A stretch of 32,000 bases of DNA from Wolbachia endosymbiont of Litomosoides sigmodontis. GTDB lineage: Bacteria > Pseudomonadota > Alphaproteobacteria > Rickettsiales > Anaplasmataceae. The first letter of the stretch is position 1, and each line of letters begins with the position of its first letter. This document shows positions 18,902 to 28,238 of the stretch, in pieces. Below the pieces are notes generated by a model, which worked only from the letters and a program-made list of their open reading frames with translations, was not told where the DNA came from and ran no database searches. The DNA lies in assembly GCF_013365435.1 (NCBI RefSeq), contig NZ_CP046577.1, positions 900,001 to 932,000 of the forward strand, written 5' to 3'. Made by a program: the position numbers and the translations under genes.

Positions 18902-19666
18902 ATGGAGTATTGTATGGGTTACTGTCGTAAAAAATTAGCAAACAACCTTAAGTCACCAATTTTTTGCGGGGTAAAAGGGTTTTTGACTTTTAGTTTGGCC
19001 TTTTTAAGTTATTTGGAATATAGCTCATGTCGCAATACAAAATTACAAAAAGATGCTACTTTTACAATGAAAAGAAATACTATTCCATTTTTTGAAATAA
19101 TAATCATAGCACCACTCACCTGCTTTATATTATTAGCTATAGCAGGTAATATAAGCTTCACGCTATGCACATCTATATGTGCTGCATTGATGATTGCCAC
19201 ATGTTTTGTCATAAGAACTTTTAATCTGCGCGAGAAATTGCTAGAAAAGATCACTAACCATAGCAAAAAAGAAATAGATGAAGAATTTAAGAAGGATTCT
19301 ATAAAATTTCCTATTTTTGATCAGAGTAGAAAACACATTGAGTATAATTCACCCAACCAAGAACAATTGTTAAATAAAACAGGCAGCACCTCTTTTTTTG
19401 TTACTTTTTTAATTTTTCCTTTAAAGCTTCTTCAAAGCTGTATAATGCTATCTTTAGCCGCTATTGAACTTCTTGAAACAGTGCCGAGTCTTTGTGTTGA
19501 TTTAGTTTTCAATAGAAATTCTTTTGCATCTATAAAAAGCAACTTACAAAGATCTGGTCATTTATTATATGCTAGTGTAAGAAATTTAGTGCCCATATCT
19601 ATACTTGATGAGTGTGTAGCTGATTTTATAGGCGTACCAAAGGCAATTTGTTGCAGTAGTGCGTAG
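18902..19666 (+). CDS. Hypothetical membrane protein (orphan), translationally coupled to hemH
   Basis: The 254-aa ORF has hydrophobic segments IPFFEIIIIAPLTCFILLAIAGNISFTLCTSICAALMIATCFVI and SFFVTFLIFPLKLLQSCIMLSLAAIELL. Its TAG (19664-19666) directly abuts the hemH GTG (19667). I recognise no family. Confidence 0.5.
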   Translation: MEYCMGYCRKKLANNLKSPIFCGVKGFLTFSLAFLSYLEYSSCRNTKLQKDATFTMKRNTIPFFEIIIIAPLTCFILLAIAGNISFTLCTSICAALMIATCFVIRTFNLREKLLEKITNHSKKEIDEEFKKDSIKFPIFDQSRKHIEYNSPNQEQLLNKTGSTSFFVTFLIFPLKLLQSCIMLSLAAIELLETVPSLCVDLVFNRNSFASIKSNLQRSGHLLYASVRNLVPISILDECVADFIGVPKAICCSSA

Positions 19667-20689
19667 GTGAAAAAGGCAGTTGTCTTACTTAACCTTGGCG
19701 GACCTGACTCACCAAATGCAGTCCGTCCTTTTTTATTTAATCTTTTTTATGATAAGAGAATAATTAATTTGCCAAATCCTTTTCGGTTCCTTTTAGCAAA
19801 ATTTATATCCGCAAAACGAGAAAATACTGCACGAAGAATATATGAACAAATTGGAGGTAAATCGCCAATTTTAGAAAACACAAAAATGCAAGCTGAAGCA
19901 CTTGAGCGAGAGCTTAATAGATCTGTTATTTATCATCCAAGCAGCGTAACACTTAGGTCTAGAAAAGAAAATTGGATTCCAGCATCATGCACAGGAATGA
20001 CATCAAAACTGACCAAAGTTTTTATCTGCATGCGCTACTGGCATCCACTTGCTGATGAAGCTGTTAAAAGTGTAAAGCAGTTCGGTCCTGATGAAGTAAT
20101 TCTGCTACCGCTATATCCACAATATTCAACTACTACAACTTTGTCATCTATCGAAAATTGGCAAAAAAATGCTAAACAATATGGCATAAAATGCAATACA
20201 AAAATAATCCGCCACCATTATGATAACCAAGATTTTATTGAGGCCCACGCTAACTTAACAATTAAACACTATAAATTAGCTAGCGAAGTTGGCAAACCAA
20301 GAATCTTATTTTCAGCACATAGCCTACCTCTCAGTATTATTAAAAAAGGCGATCCTTATGCCTTACAGGTAGAAGAAACAGTAAAATTGATAGTAAAAAA
20401 ATTAAACATTAAAGACCTTGACTGGTCAATATGCTATCAGAGCAAGATAGGCCCCATAAAATGGTTAGAACCAAGCACTGAAAGCGAATTATTACGCGCA
20501 AAAGCTGATGGTGTACCTGTAGTTTTATCACCAATATCTTTTGTATCTGAGCATTCAGAAACGCTCGTTGAACTTGACATGGAATATAAGACTATTATCA
20601 AGGATGGATACTACTTTCGCATACCAACCCTTAGTACTAATTCCTTATTTATTAAGTGTTTAGCTGGTTTATGTATAAATCACCCTTAA
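19667..20689 (+). CDS. hemH: Ferrochelatase
   Basis: The 340-aa ORF (GTG start) contains [49 protein letters not shown] and [14 protein letters not shown]. It carries an extra ~25-30 aa segment at residues ~85-116. Confidence 0.92.
   Translation: MKKAVVLLNLGGPDSPNAVRPFLFNLFYDKRIINLPNPFRFLLAKFISAKRENTARRIYEQIGGKSPILENTKMQAEALERELNRSVIYHPSSVTLRSRKENWIPASCTGMTSKLTKVFICMRYWHPLADEAVKSVKQFGPDEVILLPLYPQYSTTTTLSSIENWQKNAKQYGIKCNTKIIRHHYDNQDFIEAHANLTIKHYKLASEVGKPRILFSAHSLPLSIIKKGDPYALQVEETVKLIVKKLNIKDLDWSICYQSKIGPIKWLEPSTESELLRAKADGVPVVLSPISFVSEHSETLVELDMEYKTIIKDGYYFRIPTLSTNSLFIKCLAGLCINHP
19934..20002 (+). repeat. In-frame palindromic-repeat-like insertion inside hemH
   Basis: The segment encodes [23 protein letters not shown]. 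It resembles the translated form (..SSQCLTLGSRKK.WIPVSSTGMT..) of a dispersed Wolbachia/Rickettsiales hairpin repeat as I remember it. Rickettsia and E. coli ferrochelatases have no counterpart at this position. Confidence 0.5.
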
Positions 20690-20765
20690 AGTCCTGACTT
20701 ATAGCGCTTTTCTTTTAGGATTTCATATGATAGAATGATAAAAAATATTATTTTATCAGCTATTT

Positions 20766-21626
20766 ATGCCGAACAAGATAATAAGAGAATCAAATATGCC
20801 CGTACAAACAATACATAGGCTGCATAGTCATTGCATCAGGAAGATAATTTATATTACAACAGCTTTAACAATGTTGCTGTGTAAGATTTCGCTACAATTT
20901 TGCTGTGAGTTTATTAACAATAATAGATCAAATATCACCTTTATAAGGGATGTTGCAAAGCTAATAAAATTGCCAGCATCCATATTATATACTCTCCATT
21001 TAGGACTCAATTTAGCTGGATACAAATCTAAAAGTAAATTAGTTCATAAAGATAAACCCAAAGAACTAGCAGAGTTTATAGGTGAATTAGCCCCATTGAT
21101 AAGCAGCATCATAGGAGTGTTAATACAGACGAAAATCATTCATTTATTTGCTGCAGGTGCAGTTAGTCATGTGGGACTTGCATCAACAATGCTATTTCTA
21201 TTCATTTCAGAACCTATAAGTTACTATTATACATACAGACAATATCAAGAAGCATATAAAAAATACCAAGACGCAAGCAAAGGATGTCAAGGTAAAAAGG
21301 ATATTGATGAACTTATAAAATATAAAGCTGAGCTTACTAAATGCAATAAGGACTTCATTACTAGTACATTAACTTTATCATTAGGTTTATTAAATTTCAT
21401 ATTAAAAAGGGTAGAAATTGCAACCATACCGATAAATTTGGGTAACGATATAATCTATAATTTCAATTGGAGCGTAACAGTCAGCATAATATATAGTACA
21501 GTATTTCTAGCAATCCAGCTTAATAAACTGTTTAATCAGCCTATCAACGATAATCCTTCTACTAAACTTAGTGGTACTATTAATCATAATCATAACCTAT
21601 ACAATGGCTGCACTATGTGGGGGTAG
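20766..21626 (+). CDS. Hypothetical multi-pass membrane protein (orphan)
   Basis: The 286-aa ORF has at least 4 hydrophobic segments: IIYITTALTMLLC, LAPLISSIIGVLIQ..LFAAGAVSHVGLASTMLFLFI, TLTLSLGLLNFIL and VTVSIIYSTVFLAIQL. A K/E-rich central loop is present. I recognise no family. M11 is an alternative start. Confidence 0.5.
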   Translation: MPNKIIRESNMPVQTIHRLHSHCIRKIIYITTALTMLLCKISLQFCCEFINNNRSNITFIRDVAKLIKLPASILYTLHLGLNLAGYKSKSKLVHKDKPKELAEFIGELAPLISSIIGVLIQTKIIHLFAAGAVSHVGLASTMLFLFISEPISYYYTYRQYQEAYKKYQDASKGCQGKKDIDELIKYKAELTKCNKDFITSTLTLSLGLLNFILKRVEIATIPINLGNDIIYNFNWSVTVSIIYSTVFLAIQLNKLFNQPINDNPSTKLSGTINHNHNLYNGCTMWG

Positions 21627-21629
21627 GAA

Positions 21630-22796
21630 TTAGATATGAAAAGACCTCATTTCCACTGCTAATGCTAGCACTGCTAATTTGCTAACTATACCCCAAAGTG
21701 ACAGGGTTTTATTTTCTATAACTTGGCCAACATCATAAAACCTACAGTCAGTAGAATTTAAGCTAGAATATATATCTTTTCTACTATTGCACCGATATAA
21801 ATAGCAAGTTGGAGTATTTCCTATATAGTATATAATTGGCTCTGCAGGACTATGTTCAAATATATCAATAGTTGGTACACCTTCTTGTATAATAACGCTA
21901 TCAATTTCTATGCCTTCTTTTACCTTTTTCATTTTATGACGCCTTTTTTTATTGAGGGTTAATATCTCTTCTCCGCTTGTTGCTGTTATAATGCCCCTTC
22001 CATATGTTCCATTGCTTGCTTTGATAAAAGCATAAGGTTTAGTCTTTATCTCATATTCCTCATATTTTCTTTGCACTAGAGACAATACTTGATCAACTTT
22101 AGTCGCTACTTTTTCCAGCGATGAATCATCATTAAAATCAACTTCATCACAGTTCTCTGTAAATACAGAAATAAGCCACGAACCTATTTTAAATTCGTCA
22201 CAGAACTCGGACACTAATTTTTTATAAATTTCAAAATATTTAAACTTCCTCCTGCTGTGCCAGCCATATAATGGGCTTGGTATTATCTCTTGTTTTACAT
22301 TCTCTAACGTACCAGGAATATGACTTGTCATATCCCGATTTAATATAATAACATCTGGCACAAATCCTGAAGTTGTCTTGAGCAGTGAATCTTCTCTCAC
22401 AATCGTCTCATATGGCTCTATTAAATTGTGTGCTTCATTATAAAAGAGACCAACTCTCGTTTCAAAACCTGCTTGTTGTAGTATCAACTCTATAGCAAAC
22501 ACGTTTTCTATATACATTTTATTTCGCGTGTAATTTTCAGGTATTATAATAACTTTTTTATATTGTCTCTTTTTAAAGTAGCTCTTCATTAGCTTTGCTG
22601 CTATTGCTTTTGACATTTCACTTAGATTGTTGAACCCTGCGGGAAACAAATTAGCGTCTATTGGGGCAATTTTGTAGCCAGAGTTTCTAAGATCTATAGA
22701 GCTATAAAATGGCAATATAAGGCTATCAAACTGCGCCTCAAACCAATTATTTATATTTTTTTCTAAATTTGAGTGAATTATATTTTGCATCTGCAC
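21630..22796 (-). CDS. gshA: Glutamate-cysteine ligase, GshA (PF08886-type) family
   Basis: The 388-aa ORF's N-terminal block SSIDLRNSGYKIAPIDANLFPAGFNNL and its overall ATP-grasp-like layout match my memory of the small proteobacterial GshA family. This was not verified by a search. Confidence 0.7.
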   Translation of the reverse strand: MQMQNIIHSNLEKNINNWFEAQFDSLILPFYSSIDLRNSGYKIAPIDANLFPAGFNNLSEMSKAIAAKLMKSYFKKRQYKKVIIIPENYTRNKMYIENVFAIELILQQAGFETRVGLFYNEAHNLIEPYETIVREDSLLKTTSGFVPDVIILNRDMTSHIPGTLENVKQEIIPSPLYGWHSRRKFKYFEIYKKLVSEFCDEFKIGSWLISVFTENCDEVDFNDDSSLEKVATKVDQVLSLVQRKYEEYEIKTKPYAFIKASNGTYGRGIITATSGEEILTLNKKRRHKMKKVKEGIEIDSVIIQEGVPTIDIFEHSPAEPIIYYIGNTPTCYLYRCNSRKDIYSSLNSTDCRFYDVGQVIENKTLSLWGIVSKLAVLALAVEMRSFHI

Positions 22797-22891
22797 TTTA
22801 AATATTATAAGGAAGGTACTATATTATAAGCTATAGCTAAACATATTTAATTAACGATTACGGTATAATGAAATTGCTATTTTAAAGTGAC

Positions 22892-23452
22892 ATGAAAATG
22901 ATTCAACATGACAGAGATAAAATGTATGGAACTACCATACTATCAATTAGAAGAGAAAAAAGCGTAATAGTAATAGGTGATGGTCAGGTTTCACTGGGAC
23001 ATACCGTTATAAAATCCGGGGCAAAAAAAGTCAGGCGTCTTTCTGGTGATTCTGTTATTGCAGGTTTTGCTGGAGCAACAGCTGACGCATTTACTCTTTT
23101 TGAGAGATTAGAATCTAAACTTGATAAACATCCAGGACAATTAATGAGAGCATGTGTTGAGCTTGCAAAAGATTGGAGAATGGATAAATATTTAAGAAAA
23201 TTGGAAGCTATGATGATAGTTGCAGATAAATCTATTTCACTAGTAATCACAGGAACAGGTGATGTTCTTGAACCTGAAGATGGAATTGCAGCAATTGGTT
23301 CTGGGGGAAATTTTGCACTATCTGCAGCAAAAGCTTTGATTGATATTAAAGGAATATCAATAGAGGAAATTGCAAAAAAAGCTATGAAAATAGCAGCTAA
23401 CATATGTATTTACACAAATCATAATATAGTTATTGAAAAGATAGAGGGATAA
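22892..23452 (+). CDS. hslV: ATP-dependent protease subunit HslV
   Basis: The ORF contains GTTILSIRR (N-terminal Thr nucleophile after a short propeptide), GDGQVSLG and [12 protein letters not shown]11 (22922) is an alternative start. Confidence 0.95.
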   Translation: MKMIQHDRDKMYGTTILSIRREKSVIVIGDGQVSLGHTVIKSGAKKVRRLSGDSVIAGFAGATADAFTLFERLESKLDKHPGQLMRACVELAKDWRMDKYLRKLEAMMIVADKSISLVITGTGDVLEPEDGIAAIGSGGNFALSAAKALIDIKGISIEEIAKKAMKIAANICIYTNHNIVIEKIEG

Positions 23453-23453
23453 T

Positions 23454-24947
23454 ATGTCTTTTGATGAACGAAAAATTTTACGCACTAATTTCTCTAATCA
23501 ATCTATGACTCTCTTAGAAGGACAATCTTGTAACAGTGATACTTACAATAAAAAAAGTGACCTACATAAAGATACCAGAAGTAACTGTGATTCGAATAAT
23601 AGCAGCGTTCAAGTTAATAATAACACACAAATTTTATTAGATGATCTGCCACCACAGAAAATAGTTAAAGAGCTAGATAGGTTTATAATTGGGCAAGATG
23701 ATGCAAAGCGTGCTGTTGCAATTGCACTCAGAAATCGTTGGCGTCGCAACAAAGTCCCCTCTCCTTTGCGTGACGAAATTATACCTAAAAACATACTGAT
23801 GATTGGTCACACAGGTGTTGGTAAAACTGAAATAGCCCGCCGCTTAGCAAAGCTTGCAGGTGCACCGTTCATAAAAGTTGAGGCAACTAAATTTACTGAG
23901 ATAGGATATGTTGGACGTGATGTTGATTCAATAACACGTGATTTAGTTGATGCAGCAATAGTTTTAGTTAAGGAAAAAGCTCGCAAAGCTCTTGCTAAGA
24001 AAGCTTTAAATTTAGCTGAGAAGATAATAGTCAATTCTATGGTTGGCGAAAATGCAACCGAAGAAAGTAAAAGAACTTACAGAGAAAGGTTAAGAAACAA
24101 AGAATTTGAAGATGGAGAAGTTTCCATTAACGTTAGAGAGAGCAAGAGCATGTTACCTACTTTTGATATACCAGGGATGCCAGGCAGGCAAGTTGGCGTA
24201 GTAAATGTAACAGAGCTCATGGATAAAATGTTCAACGGAGGCAAAAAGACAAAAACCATTACCGTTAAGGTAAAAGAAGCGCGTGAAATATTGATTAATG
24301 AAGAAAGCGAAAGGTTAATGGATGAAGATAAGATAATCAAAGAAGCAATTGATCTTGCCAGCAATGAAGGCATAGTATTCTTGGATGAAATAGATAAAAT
24401 TGCTGCACGCACAGAAGTAAAAGGTGAAGTAAATAGAGAAGGAGTACAACGTGATTTATTACCTTTGCTTGAAGGAACAACTGTTTCAACCAAATATGGC
24501 CACGTAAAAACAGACTATATATTATTTATTGCATCAGGTGCATTTCATCTATCTAAGCCATCTGATCTTTTACCAGAATTGCAAGGTAGGCTACCAATTA
24601 GAGTGGAACTTAAAGCACTTACTCAGGAGGATTTAATAAAAATATTAAAAGAACCTGAATCAAGTTTGTTAAAGCAGTACATAGCTTTAATGAAAACAGA
24701 AAATGTGATACTTGAGTTCACCGATGATGGAATTGAAACCATAGCTGAAATAGCATCTACAGTTAATAGGGAAGTGGAAAACATAGGTGCAAGGAGGCTT
24801 CATACTATCATGGAGAAGCTTTTGGATGAAATAAGTTTTATCGCTTCTGAAAAAAATGGTGAAAAATTTATTATAGATAGAAAATATGTAAAAGATAAAC
24901 TTGAATCAATTTCAAAACAGCTAGATTTATCTAAGTTTATACTTTAA
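23454..24947 (+). CDS. hslU: ATP-dependent protease ATPase subunit HslU, with a ~60-aa low-complexity N-terminal extension
   Basis: The ORF contains [29 protein letters not shown], Walker [18 protein letters not shown] and Walker [12 protein letters not shown]. An I-domain and the C-terminal [12 protein letters not shown] are also present. The ATG lies 1 nt after the hslV stop. Confidence 0.95.
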   Translation: MSFDERKILRTNFSNQSMTLLEGQSCNSDTYNKKSDLHKDTRSNCDSNNSSVQVNNNTQILLDDLPPQKIVKELDRFIIGQDDAKRAVAIALRNRWRRNKVPSPLRDEIIPKNILMIGHTGVGKTEIARRLAKLAGAPFIKVEATKFTEIGYVGRDVDSITRDLVDAAIVLVKEKARKALAKKALNLAEKIIVNSMVGENATEESKRTYRERLRNKEFEDGEVSINVRESKSMLPTFDIPGMPGRQVGVVNVTELMDKMFNGGKKTKTITVKVKEAREILINEESERLMDEDKIIKEAIDLASNEGIVFLDEIDKIAARTEVKGEVNREGVQRDLLPLLEGTTVSTKYGHVKTDYILFIASGAFHLSKPSDLLPELQGRLPIRVELKALTQEDLIKILKEPESSLLKQYIALMKTENVILEFTDDGIETIAEIASTVNREVENIGARRLHTIMEKLLDEISFIASEKNGEKFIIDRKYVKDKLESISKQLDLSKFIL

Positions 24948-25585
24948 TAAAATATACTGATGCGTTAGTGCTTTAATATACTATTTTAACATAGATATGT
25001 AATAGAGCAGAAAGATGTTAGCACAAAGTATTCAAGGTATGTTAGACGAAAGTGATAAATTTTTTATGCAAAAAAGCCTTCTAAAGAAGGCATTAAATTA
25101 AAAGATAGTATTATTAATAACATATTAATTTATCAAAGTTACGGAATACTAATAGTAGTTCTCATGCAAAAGCAATGCTACAAGATAGAGGCACAGCTAT
25201 AAAAATAAGCGAATTTTTAAATAGCAAATTTTACAAAAATCATAAAATCGTTGATTTTGCAATATTAAATAATGATGACAGAAAAATTATAAGTAATTAT
25301 GTTGTTGAGAGTGATGACGGTAAAAAAGTCAGATGTTATGACTTAGCTAATTCTTCTCTATATGAATGTGAATTACAATTTATAATTGGTACATAATGGA
25401 AAAGAATGTGCAACATTACATCGAGCTCTGATAGCAATGGCAATATTAAAATAATAGGATAGCAAACTAAGTTATCAAGATTTAAAGGAAACATAGACGT
25501 TAAAATCAAATTTGACGATAAGGAACCAAGTCTTATTGACGCTATAAAAGAACTAGAAATAGAAGAATTTCACCATATTAAGATC

Positions 25586-26619
25586 TAACACCAATTCTCA
25601 TTATTAGCTAGTCAAATGAGCGAAGTTACAGAATTGTTTAACTGCGGAGTGAGAAAAAAGAAAGGTAATAAATTTGCCAAGGCGCTCTTAAGCGAAGCTT
25701 TGTATTATAGATTTTATTATGTAAAATGTTCTGTTTTATATACAATCAAAATTCTTCAACAGGATTGAGCTTAGGTGAGTATGGTGACAGGTATATAGTC
25801 TCGATATTTTTAGGTACCTTTAAATTTTTCTACTTATTCTAACTAGCATGATCCTTGACAAGAAAGGTTTATCGTGTTCTTAAATATTATAAGATTTGTT
25901 TAAGAAATATATTCATACAATTAGTGTTGACATTCAGTATGAATAAGCTAGAACTCTTCCCATTTCTAGATCAACTGCACTGTAGAGATAAAAATTTTAT
26001 CTATCTAACTTTACTTTAACCTTACGTTCTAACACCCTTTTCAAATCACCAGTGTTTAACTTTCGAATGTGTACCAATAAATCGTGATTCATTAAAGAAA
26101 GACAACTCTTGTCCAGGATATTTGATAATCTCATTAAGTTTTTTAACTATTCCTGTCCACTTTATCCTGTTTATTATGGATTGGTCTTGACGTAAGATAT
26201 AAAATTTCATTTTATGCATATAATGATGTATAGACTTGCTGACATTTAAGTTAAATTTTTCCTAAATTCTTATTCTCATTTCTTTAATGGTGATATTAGT
26301 TTTTTGTATTCATATTTCAACTTGTTTAAATTGACTCTGATTCAATCTAATTATTTTCCGATGTTGAGGAGAAGCAAATAAATTTCTTTTCTTTCAAATT
26401 TTAGTACTTTATCTGTGTAGTTAGTACTGTTCGCAAAATGAGACATATTTTTACTACAGCTGTTATAGTGTATTTTTCTGCAATTACAGCATTTAGTTTT
26501 TTTGCAACATATACATTATCTCGCATTTTCTTCAGCATTTCTTGTGCTGATTTCATGACTTTTTCATTTAATAATTTTGATTTCAATATCATTTAAACCT
26601 CGTTATTTACTTGCTTCAG
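25586..26619 (-). mobile_element. IS630-family element, degenerate, lacking the outermost ~35-60 bp of its left end
   Basis: The right-end TIR is at 25586 (TAACACCAATTCTCATTATTAGCTAGTCAAATGAG). The HTH fragment ORF 26401-26592 reads MILKSKLLNEKVMKSAQEMLKK... 25605-26600 is 99.4% identical to the reverse complement of 27226-28221. Confidence 0.85.
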
Positions 26620-26914
26620 TTTGGCAAGAATTAGCATAAGATTTTCCCTGAAGAGATCTACATACAAAAGGCCTTTGAACCTAAAAAATTACCAAGATCT
26701 CACATATATAATGCCCATACTGTTAAAAATGCTTTTGTACTATTTTATCTATTTCTTCTAAATATTTATCACTAGAGTTACTTGTATTACAAGACCTATT
26801 TATAAAATATAAAATTCTTAAATATTTTATTAATCTCAGCTCTGTACCTAGCTTAGTTACCTACTTAACTGAGACTTTAGCTCCCTTTCTTCAATTCTAT
26901 GTTTTTTAACATTA

Positions 26915-27148
26915 TAAATATGAATAACTTACTATACTGCTCAAGCTTATCAAGTTTCTTTTGCAGATCATTTTGTCTATTTTGTAGAATTTTAATCTGA
27001 TCATCAAGACCAATAATTTGTCCAACTCCTTTTTTAAATTTGTTCAGATTCGCTCTTTGATCTGCAGAAATTCTCCCTCGAATGCAGCAGAGTTATTTTT
27101 CTCTTTAGAAAGAGTTAGAATTTCAACTTTTTCTTCGTACTCTTTGGC
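26915..27148 (-). pseudogene. Remnant of a coiled-coil protein gene trapped between the two inverted IS copies
   Basis: My translation of the minus strand gives AKEYEEKVEILTLSKEKNNSAAFEGEFLQIKERI*. After a frameshift it continues ANLNKFKKGVGQIIGLDDQIKILQNRQNDLQKKLDKLEQYSK. The 5' end is cut by the IS terminus at 27149. Function is unassignable. Confidence 0.35.
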
Positions 27149-28238
27149 TAATACCAATTCTTACCACACAAGGAACGGATAGACAATAACAGAAAAGAGG
27201 CTTTGCTGAAATAAGTAAAATAGCAAGGTTTAAATGGTATTGAAATCAAAATTATTAAATGAAAAAGTCATGAAATCAGCACAAGAAATACTGAAGAAAA
27301 CGCGAGATAATGTATATGTTGCAAAAAAACTAAATGCTGTAATTGCAGAAAAATACACTATAACAGCTGTAGTAAAAATATGTCTCATTTTGCGAACAGT
27401 ACTAACTACACAGATAAAGTACTAAAATTTGAAAGAAAAGAAATTTATTTGCTTCTCCTCAACATCGGAAAATAATTAGATTGAATCAGAGTCAATTTAA
27501 ACAAGTTGAAATATGAATACAAAAAACTAATATCACCATTAAAGAAATGAGAATAAGAATTTAGGAAAAATTTAACTTAAATGTCAGCAAGTCTATACAT
27601 CATTATATGCATAAAATGAAATTTTATATCTTACGTCAAGACCAATCCATAATAAACAGGATAAAGTAGACAGGAATAGTTAAAAAACTTAATGAGATTA
27701 TCAAATATCCTGGACAAGAATTGTCTTTCTTTAATGAATCACGATTTATTGGTACACATTCGAAAGTTAAACACTGGTGATTTGAAAAGGGTGTTAGAAC
27801 GTAAGGTTAAAGTAAAGTTAGATAGATAAAATTTTTATCTCTACAGTGCAGTTGATCTAGAAATGGGAAGAGTTCTAGCTTATTCATACTGAATGTCAAC
27901 ACTAATTGTATGAATATATTTCTTAAACAAATCTTATAATATTTAAGAACACGATAAACCTTTCTTGTCAAGGATCATGCTAATTAGAATAAGTAGAAAA
28001 ATTTAAAGGTACCTAAAAATATCGAGACTATATACCTGTCACCATACTCACCTAAGCTCAATCCTGTTGAAGAATTTTGATTGTATATAAAACAGAACAT
28101 TTTACATAATAAAATCTATAATACAAAGCTTCGCTTAAGAGCGCCTTGGCAAATTTATTACCTTTCTTTTTTCTCACTCCGCAGTTAAACAATTCTGTAA
28201 CTTCGCTCATTTGACTAGCTACTACTAAAATTAGTATA
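27149..28238 (+). mobile_element. IS630-family element, full-length ends, degenerate
   Basis: The left end is TAATACCAATTCTTACCACACAAGGAACGGATAG and the right end ..GACTAGCTACTACTAAAATTAGTATA. The HTH fragment ORF 27234-27425 carries the same premature stop as its inverted partner. Confidence 0.85.

Noticed and set aside
17251-24493. Antisense ORFs within znuC (17251-17460), the orphan membrane gene (19009-19266), hslV (22984-23403) and hslU (23609-23794, 23807-24034, 24077-24493). The same applies to those within polA (29295-29549, 30276-30548, 30549-30731, 31055-31315).
   Set aside because: All lie opposite well-supported genes and show no motifs.
25069-25092. Hairpin GCCTTC-TAAA-GAAGGC about 120 nt downstream of hslU as a terminator
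   Set aside because: The stem is only 6 bp, the following run (ATTAAATTA) is not a U-tract, and the hairpin lies inside a possible broken ORF. Support is too weak to annotate.
25175-25396. 73-aa ORF (MLQDRGTAIKISEFLNSKFYKNHKIVDFAILNNDD..) in the 640-bp gap between hslU and the IS
   Set aside because: I recognise no family. The surrounding sequence reads as further broken fragments (for example MLAQSIQGMLDESDKFFMQKSLLKKALN* at about 25015-25101). It is most likely part of an eroded gene, so I did not call it as a CDS.
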